64,000 nucleotides of DNA from an uncultured Candidatus Saccharibacteria bacterium. Lineage in GTDB: Bacteria > Patescibacteriota > CALEFQ01. The translations under genes were made by a program, and so were the position numbers. Positions 57,769 to 64,000 of the stretch are shown here, piece after piece. The notes beneath the pieces are model-generated. The model ran no database searches and had not been told where the DNA came from. It saw only the letters and a list, made by a program, of their open reading frames with translations. Position 1 is the stretch's first letter. Every line of letters starts with the position of its first letter. Location: NCBI GenBank assembly GCA_965230955.1, contig OZ246404.1, positions 782,321 to 846,320 on the forward strand. The letters run 5' to 3'.

Positions 57769-60507
57769 TTACTTATCGAATAATGTTGGGACATGCCCAT
57801 TAGTAAACCCCTCCAACCCAAGCTCTTCGTGCTTAAGTTCGTCATAACCATCGAAGTCATCGACACCGGAAATATCTGCTGATTTAAAGCCACGTCTTTC
57901 CATAATTTTGTCAACGAGAAAAAATGTCCTTATACCACCCTCCTTCTCTAAAAGTTTTAGTGCCTTTTTACGATCATCTATTTGTTTGGTTTCGGCCAGG
58001 TGTTTGCCCTTCACATCAACAATAATCCATTCACCGTTCATAAAAGCTAAAAAGTCCGGATAAAACGGCGCGGGTTTTACTTCGACTGGATATTCAGTTC
58101 TCGGCTCGTTTCTTACCCAAAAGCTTTTTCTCTTCTTATCCAGTGAGCACAAATGTTCCAATGTATCGGCGACCCATTTTTCCGGCGGACTATCAAACTT
58201 TACGTATGGCCTGATAGAATATTTGTAGTCTTCAACAATCGTGCCCTTCTGCTGTAAATGAGACGACATTTCTTGATATGATGGAATGAGATTTAATATC
58301 TTCCCATCTCTTTTCCTTATCGTAACAGCGCTGTCAATGAAAATATCCTTGACATTCTTTTTTTTAAAATCAAATTGGCTCTTAAACATCAAATCCGAAG
58401 ACCCCTGTTCATAAAACCCCGTAATCTTTTTCTTAAGCGCTCTTAAGGCTCTTTTACGATCGACGGCATACGCAGTATCAACCCGAATACCCGCATCAAA
58501 AATAGACTTAATTAATTTTTCAACCGATTTTCTTGAGATGTCTCCGATGTGAGGTCCCGTTTCGTCGATAAAATCCAGCGCCCAACGTGCTAGATCATTA
58601 TCCGGTAAAGTTAGTGTTACTCGAGTAGTGGCCGGCTTGTCCGTTTTCAATTCAAATTCCGGTCCAGTAACTTCAGCATAATCTACCATCGCCATAACTT
58701 CATCCTTTAACACTCTGTCTCCGCGGGATAAACCACAAGAGTCATCAATAAATGACTTAACGCTCAATTTTTTATCTTTAAGTGCTTCGTCGAAGGTAAT
58801 ACCCGTTGCCACTCGTTTAATTTGTAGGATTGGAATTTGATAATCGTCTATGATCTTACTATTAACTTTGTTTTCTTTATCTTCCTCTTCCGTGGGTATC
58901 TCAACGCTAGCTGGCGATAAAGCAAGATTCTCCCGAATTTCTTCGACAATCCGGTCAAATCTTTTGCCACGTTCGCAGACGACATGCAAAATTTCGCTCT
59001 GCTCCTTCAAATCGTGATCTAACAGATCGTATTCTCGTTTTTCTTTATAAAGACGCAGGCCACGTCCAATTAACTGAGCAGCTGCCAATCCCACATTCTC
59101 TATGGTGTCTCCCAAAACTACGATGGTATAAAAATTATCGTAATCTACGCCTTCGGTAAAAATCCTGACCTGATTTACAATCTCTGCCTTATTGTCATCA
59201 AGCGACTGATAATCAGCCCAGGTTTCTTCATCACTTTTATTTTCGCTATGAATGGTAAAAACGGATTTTGCCAAAGAAGAAAGCTGTTTAACGAGCTCCT
59301 CTTTATTTTTGGGAATGTTATGTCTAACAATTTTGGCGATGTCGGTTCCTTCTAGGTTAACCTGCTCCAGGACGTCATCCAGTTCGCCGGAAACCGAGTC
59401 CGGCCAATTTTTCAAATACACATCCACTGCCTCGGCATGTTTTATGGTTCTTGCCTTAGTGAGCAACATGGATTTTTTAACGGGAGCATTTACGGCGGTT
59501 AAGGAGGCGCGCTTCAAGAGATGAATCAACATGCCCCATATTAACTTTTGCTTGTCGCTTTCATTCACTTCATCGCCGGTTTTTTCTTCTCCTAGCCCGC
59601 ATCCTACTGCAAAAATTCGCTTTCCATAACCTTCGCTGATATATCTCTGCATCGGATATTTATAGAGATTGTCCTGGCCAAAGCTTTCACTGTCGTTTTT
59701 CTCCAAAGACGTAGCGGTAAATTCCAATACCATGCTTGGCAATAATTCGAAAATTGCTTCGGTGGTTTTCTTTTGTTGATAGTGATGGGCCTCGTCCGAA
59801 ATTATAACCAGCCGTCTTTCTCTTAAAAATTCAATAAATGAAATAGTATGATTTCCGCTTTTATCTCGCCATAGCGATTCTTCCAATGGACGTCTTACGT
59901 ATGGTACGCCCTTCATGGTATCCTCGCCGTCTTTCTGATTGGCCGTTCCTCTGTCATAAAACTTCTGCATGTTAAAAACGTAGAACGTGATGTCCTTACC
60001 ATCTTCATAGTTACAGGTTTTATCCCGATAGGAATTACCGGTTACGAGATTGTAAGTTAAATTCCAGCCATCGCCAAAAATACTTTTAACGGCTCTGGGA
60101 GTGAAATTCTCAATGGTCTTATCAAAAAGAATCGTGTTAGGAGTTAAGATAAGAAAATCTTTGTGTCCGCGGTTATATAAATCCAAAATCATCGCTCCCA
60201 TCAGTAAAGTCTTCCCGGAACCGGTGGCCATTTCGAAACCAATTTTATTCCACTGGACAATTTTATCTTCGTCGTCTCTGCTCTGCTGGACGGTCTTTTG
60301 CTTAATGCTTCTGCTATCAAATTTATTATTCAGGAAAAGCTGAAAAGCGCCCATGGCTTCTATTTGATAGGGTCGCATTGGAAACTTAAGCAGGTGCTGT
60401 ATTTTATCGTAATTCTCTATAATCTTAGGTGAAGCGGAACCGACAGCAATTTTATATTGCTGGTCCTCACTTACCGAATCGTAAAATGTTTTTTGTTTAA
60501 TTTTCAT
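57769..60507 (-). CDS. res: Type III restriction enzyme, Res subunit (SF2 helicase-nuclease)
   Basis: Walker A ATGSGKT, DEAH box VIISDEAHH, and helicase motif VI QLIGRGLR. The length is 912 aa. It overlaps mod by 4 nt. Codons are AT-rich. Confidence 0.85.
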   Translation of the reverse strand: MKIKQKTFYDSVSEDQQYKIAVGSASPKIIENYDKIQHLLKFPMRPYQIEAMGAFQLFLNNKFDSRSIKQKTVQQSRDDEDKIVQWNKIGFEMATGSGKTLLMGAMILDLYNRGHKDFLILTPNTILFDKTIENFTPRAVKSIFGDGWNLTYNLVTGNSYRDKTCNYEDGKDITFYVFNMQKFYDRGTANQKDGEDTMKGVPYVRRPLEESLWRDKSGNHTISFIEFLRERRLVIISDEAHHYQQKKTTEAIFELLPSMVLEFTATSLEKNDSESFGQDNLYKYPMQRYISEGYGKRIFAVGCGLGEEKTGDEVNESDKQKLIWGMLIHLLKRASLTAVNAPVKKSMLLTKARTIKHAEAVDVYLKNWPDSVSGELDDVLEQVNLEGTDIAKIVRHNIPKNKEELVKQLSSLAKSVFTIHSENKSDEETWADYQSLDDNKAEIVNQVRIFTEGVDYDNFYTIVVLGDTIENVGLAAAQLIGRGLRLYKEKREYDLLDHDLKEQSEILHVVCERGKRFDRIVEEIRENLALSPASVEIPTEEEDKENKVNSKIIDDYQIPILQIKRVATGITFDEALKDKKLSVKSFIDDSCGLSRGDRVLKDEVMAMVDYAEVTGPEFELKTDKPATTRVTLTLPDNDLARWALDFIDETGPHIGDISRKSVEKLIKSIFDAGIRVDTAYAVDRKRALRALKKKITGFYEQGSSDLMFKSQFDFKKKNVKDIFIDSAVTIRKRDGKILNLIPSYQEMSSHLQQKGTIVEDYKYSIRPYVKFDSPPEKWVADTLEHLCSLDKKRKSFWVRNEPRTEYPVEVKPAPFYPDFLAFMNGEWIIVDVKGKHLAETKQIDDRKKALKLLEKEGGIRTFFLVDKIMERRGFKSADISGVDDFDGYDELKHEELGLEGFTNGHVPTLFDK

Positions 60508-62270
60508 AATAAATTGTATTCTCTTAAAATCGCTGTCGGGATTTTCCTAATGAGCACGCGATCATCAAGCGACTCATTTGGCACGGCAACAGCCATGTTA
60601 GTGAAAATCGTAAGATGTCTAAATTTTTCTTTGTCTAGGCCGGCAACGATTTTATTATAAGTGTCTTCATCAAGAGGCTTAACTTCCCTCGAAGCAAAAG
60701 AAAGGGCGTAGTTATAAGTAGCCGACCTGTGTTTACCTAGATACATTTTTTCTTTTTCCAGCCAATCAGCTTTAACTGGCTTATATTGAAAGTGCAGAAA
60801 AATTGCCTCAGCCATTTCTTCGGCCTTAAGCATCCAATTCATATCCTGTTCACGAATTAAGCTCTCACCAAGTTGATAGTATTTAAAACCACCGCCACCC
60901 TGCCAATTCGCATCTTTACTTACACCAGTTTGGTCACTTCCATTCGTTACTTTCTGCAAACGTGGAATAATGAGTTCATCGGCCTGTCGGCCCATTTCGA
61001 CCATTAACCATCGCCGTTTCATTTTTTGTGCTACTGCGCCGGTAGTTCCACTGAAAGCAAAAGTATCTAAAACAATGTCGTTTTCCTGTGTGGACATGCC
61101 TATAATCCGATGCAAAAGTCTTTCTGGTTTTCTTGTTCTATCTTCTCCTTTTATGCCGCCTTCGCCCCTAGCCGCATTTGAGACATCTTCCTTAGTCCAA
61201 AAATCACTTGGTTTTTCAAACTTATATATTACATCCTTTTCATTACTTGCTACAGATGATAGCCAACCGCACAATGCTTTCCCAAAATAGAAGTTCGTAG
61301 TAAGAGTGTCTACATTTTTTCCACGGCTCGGTGTATACTCCACCGAATAAAGCCCTTTATCCATCTGATCCATCAGCTCATGTTGAAATTTATTCTCTTT
61401 TTGCACTAAAAAGGTTCGGAAAATTTTATCAAAATTTTTCTTATAAAAATCTTTAAACTTCTTTCGGCTGTCTTCCAATTCATTAAATGGTATTCGTTCA
61501 ATTTTATAATTATCGTGTTTAAAAATCTTTACTGGCTCTTTATTTGATTTTGAAAGAAACTCCTTTACCAACTTTTTATTACCTTCGCTGATAAGAATCT
61601 GCCCATATCCTTTCAATTTTTCATATTCAAAAACTTTTTTAACGGTAAAATCTGCATTTATTGTGAGGCTTGTTTTTTCTTTTGCATAAACAAGAATATA
61701 TTCGGTCACATTTGCGAGCATTTTTCCTCCCAACCCTAAGCCAGCTACAGCTGAACGCTCCCATGCTACTTGCGATATAAAATTGTCGCGTCCGAATACC
61801 TCATCCATTAAAACTTTAAGATAGCCCTGCTCAATATCATCAATGTGCACAAAAATGACCCCATCGTGTCTCAATAATTTTCGCAGAAGACGAAGCCGAT
61901 CCCGCATCATGGTTAACCACTGAGAGTGTTGTAAATTATCCTCGTATCTTTCAAACGCATTTCCGGTATTAAAAGGAGGATCAATGTATATGCATTTAAC
62001 TCTCTCTTCGTCCGGCTTACCTTTGAACATTTCCACCAAACTTCGCAAAACCAACAGATTATCACCTTTGATAAGCATGTTTCCGCTAGTTTTATCTCCG
62101 TAGCCTTTGACGAAGCGTAAAATACGAGGCTCTGCAACCCGGATGTCGTTTTTTGGTACCCAAACCGGTCGAACGCCCTTACCTTCTTTTTCATCAATCT
62201 CATAGTAAAGAGAAAGGTCTTTATTGATCCAGTTTAATTGAAGTGATCCTTTGTGGTTCTTTTTCCGCAC
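60504..62270 (-). CDS. mod: Type III restriction-modification Mod subunit (N6-adenine/N4-cytosine DNA methyltransferase)
   Basis: IYIDPPFNTG (DPPF/Y catalytic motif IV) and the SAM-binding region. It has the mod-then-res order. Confidence 0.85.
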   Translation of the reverse strand: MRKKNHKGSLQLNWINKDLSLYYEIDEKEGKGVRPVWVPKNDIRVAEPRILRFVKGYGDKTSGNMLIKGDNLLVLRSLVEMFKGKPDEERVKCIYIDPPFNTGNAFERYEDNLQHSQWLTMMRDRLRLLRKLLRHDGVIFVHIDDIEQGYLKVLMDEVFGRDNFISQVAWERSAVAGLGLGGKMLANVTEYILVYAKEKTSLTINADFTVKKVFEYEKLKGYGQILISEGNKKLVKEFLSKSNKEPVKIFKHDNYKIERIPFNELEDSRKKFKDFYKKNFDKIFRTFLVQKENKFQHELMDQMDKGLYSVEYTPSRGKNVDTLTTNFYFGKALCGWLSSVASNEKDVIYKFEKPSDFWTKEDVSNAARGEGGIKGEDRTRKPERLLHRIIGMSTQENDIVLDTFAFSGTTGAVAQKMKRRWLMVEMGRQADELIIPRLQKVTNGSDQTGVSKDANWQGGGGFKYYQLGESLIREQDMNWMLKAEEMAEAIFLHFQYKPVKADWLEKEKMYLGKHRSATYNYALSFASREVKPLDEDTYNKIVAGLDKEKFRHLTIFTNMAVAVPNESLDDRVLIRKIPTAILREYNLL

Positions 62271-62417
62271 AATATTATATAAATAATCAGCACTGCTAAT
62301 TTCGATAACTTTAAATTATTTGTTAAACGAAGAACTATAGTGCCGGTTATTACTTATCACATACATGAGTATATTTATTATGATAACACAGCAGAACTAG
62401 ACCGGAAAGGGATCGAA

Positions 62418-62444
62418 GGATCAACCAGGACTCGAACCTGTCCC
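62418..62444 (-). other. tRNA-like 3' fragment (T-arm GGTTCGAGTCC plus the acceptor strand) with no complete tRNA; a possible integration-site remnant
   Basis: On the minus strand: gggacAGGTTCGAGTCCTGgttgatcc. No convincing D or anticodon arms are found upstream of it. Confidence 0.35.
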
Positions 62445-62460
62445 TTCCCTTATCTAAGCC

Positions 62461-62484
62461 AAAACCCCTTTCTAGGGGTTTTTT
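62461..62484. terminator. bidirectional hairpin terminator aaaacccct-ttct-aggggtttttt
   Basis: A 7-bp stem with a 4-nt loop, flanked by A4 and T6. Confidence 0.45.
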
Positions 62485-62739
62485 GATGCTGTTCACTCGA
62501 ACTCGTTTTTTTGGCTTCACTTAGCGAAAATTTGTATTCAAAGACAAATAAAAATTCATTGGCTCGCCAGGCTGGACTCGATCACTAAGACTTTTCTTCT
62601 TCCTTTATCACCACAAAGTCAAAGGCTTCGGCATGGTCTATCCGAGCTTGTCGAGGTGCCCTTCGTAAGCTCGGGGCTGGCTCAAGTCTAGAAAAAAAGC
62701 CTCACCCTTCACGGTGAAGCTTTTTTAACGGCCGGCTAA

Positions 62740-64000
62740 TCAATACTGATTACTGTTTTTGAAATAATGCCCGCGAAGCGAACTATTCGCCCAGAGCATC
62801 CAGACATCCACAAAACCGTCAGCGACACTCGGACCGTTGGCGAAACCAAAACTTACTTGGCAACCATGGTCATTGGCGGTAATCGTGCAGAGATCAGCCG
62901 TGGTTTGGCCAGCATCAACGGCACCGGAGAAATAAACACCTTTATTGAAACCCCAATAATCACAAAAGTCATGAGTCCCGCTTTCATTGGTTAATTTAAA
63001 ATTTGCCGCGGTGCTCGAAACTTTCGTGCCGATCAATTGGCAGGCCTCACCGGGGTAGCCGGACTCCGCTTCCAGTACAATGACCGGATTCGTATTCGGG
63101 AAACTTAAATTTATCTGCCCCACTTCCGACCCGAGATTGCGCCCGTCCACCGTATCTGCGTCCAGGCCCGAGCCCGAACCGTCGGCTATCTTGCTGGCAG
63201 AAATGGCCGCGCTGGAACTGATATCAGCGTCCATAATCGAACTGTTGACAATTTCTATACTACCGACCGTGTTCGCTCCCAACTGGAGATTGTTATACAG
63301 GCCACTGACATCCCCGCCGAAAGTGGAAGTCAAGACCAAGGCCGTGCCAGAGATTTTGCTCGCCGCAATCCCCGCGCTGGAACTGATATCGGAATCCATA
63401 ATCGCTCCACTAGCAATTTCGGCACTGCCGACCGTATTCGCTCCCAGCTGGAGATTGTTATACAGGCCACTGACATCCCCGCCGAAAGTGGAAGTCAAAA
63501 TCAGCGCTGTGCCTGAAATCTTACTGGCAGCAATCCCCGCGCTGGCGCTGATATCGGAATTTGTTAATGATCCGTCTTCTAATTCGGTCGAACCTACTTT
63601 TCCGCTACCGATCAGTAAATTATTATAACCCCCGCTGACATCACCGCCGAAAACGGTCGCTTGCACCAAAGCCGTACCGGAAATTTTACTGGCGGCAATC
63701 GCTCCGCTGGCGCTGATATCCGCGTCCGTCAAAGATCCGTCCGCCAATTCGGTCGAACCGACTTTGCCACTGCCGATTTGCAGATTACTGTAAACTCCGC
63801 TGACATCTCCCCCAAAAACCGTCGACTGGATCAGGGCCACGCCGGAAATCTTGTTTGGGCTGAGCGACCCCTCGCCGATTTCTCCCACGCTGGCATTGAA
63901 ATTTGTTTTATGCGCCACCAGATTTTCCACTTCAATTTCATTGACCGTCAGTTTCCCGGAAAAAAATCCATCGCGAAATTTTTTACTTTCACTGCCCAGT
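62740..64000 (-). CDS. phage tail-fibre-like repeat protein (partial; the N-terminus is beyond the window end) with four or more tandem 55-aa repeats and a Cys-containing C-terminal domain
   Basis: The reading frame stays open past 63930 to the window edge. Repeats ISGTAL..TFGGDVSG.YNNLQ.G...VGS.E...GS..D.DISSSAGIAASK. A DADTVDGRNLG motif resembles the tail-fibre/tail-collar 'DADTLDGxH' repeat. The C-terminal region has 4 Cys. Confidence 0.5.
   Translation of the reverse strand, partial: LGSESKKFRDGFFSGKLTVNEIEVENLVAHKTNFNASVGEIGEGSLSPNKISGVALIQSTVFGGDVSGVYSNLQIGSGKVGSTELADGSLTDADISASGAIAASKISGTALVQATVFGGDVSGGYNNLLIGSGKVGSTELEDGSLTNSDISASAGIAASKISGTALILTSTFGGDVSGLYNNLQLGANTVGSAEIASGAIMDSDISSSAGIAASKISGTALVLTSTFGGDVSGLYNNLQLGANTVGSIEIVNSSIMDADISSSAAISASKIADGSGSGLDADTVDGRNLGSEVGQINLSFPNTNPVIVLEAESGYPGEACQLIGTKVSSTAANFKLTNESGTHDFCDYWGFNKGVYFSGAVDAGQTTADLCTITANDHGCQVSFGFANGPSVADGFVDVWMLWANSSLRGHYFKNSNQY
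63050..63710. repeat. tandem 165-nt (55-codon) near-identical DNA repeats inside the tail-fibre-like gene
   Basis: For example, 63291-63342 and 63456-63508 share gttatacaggccactgacatccccgccgaaagtggaagtcaa exactly. There are about four units. Confidence 0.5.

Noticed and set aside
62400-62500. Complete tRNA gene
   Set aside because: Only a T-arm plus the 3' acceptor strand is recognisable. The sequence upstream of it folds as a short terminator-like hairpin, not as anticodon and D arms.

Overview
This 64 kb window looks bacterial and is densely coded, with most genes on the minus strand. By eye the GC content is roughly 50%, and one segment (57.8-62.3 kb) is clearly AT-rich.

Recognisable housekeeping genes are dut-tgt, recO, ileS, argS, smpB followed directly by the tmRNA gene ssrA, infC-rpmI-rplT, typA/bipA, one tRNA-Leu(CAG), perR-like plus peroxiredoxin, ccdA, a DsbA-like oxidoreductase, a ferredoxin, a LemA/TPM pair, a DedA protein, M24 and M29 peptidases and a TadA-like deaminase. 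There is also a cell-envelope and glycan block: ATP-grasp ligase, YdjC deacetylase, two GT-C ArnT/PMT-like membrane glycosyltransferases, a GH5 hydrolase and a GT-A-like gene.

Many of the remaining genes are hypothetical proteins with a signal peptide or N-terminal membrane anchor: DUF11 repeats, PPC-like domains, PEGA plus YVTN propeller, beta-helix plus FG-GAP propeller, a TolB-like PD40 lipoprotein and a C39-like peptidase.

The features I would look at first:
- a clear heliorhodopsin gene at 50791..51585
- an AsnRS-like class II catalytic-core paralog with no anticodon-binding domain
- a Cas4-like PD-(D/E)XK nuclease gene bracketed by ~85-bp GC-rich direct repeats
- an AT-rich Type III restriction-modification pair (mod-res), then a tRNA-like fragment and a tail-fibre-like protein with 55-aa tandem repeats that runs off the window end
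- several families of dispersed palindromic intergenic repeats: the 'gtaacaggtaacaagtaac' element (3 copies), the 'gactaaagac' modules, GC-rich hairpins with a 'ccgaatcgg' core, and 'gtcaaaag' heptamer arrays

No rRNA or CRISPR array was seen.

Coordinates of features not taken from the supplied ORF track were placed by hand and may be off by 1-3 nt. All homology calls come from motif recognition by reading translations; no database search was run.
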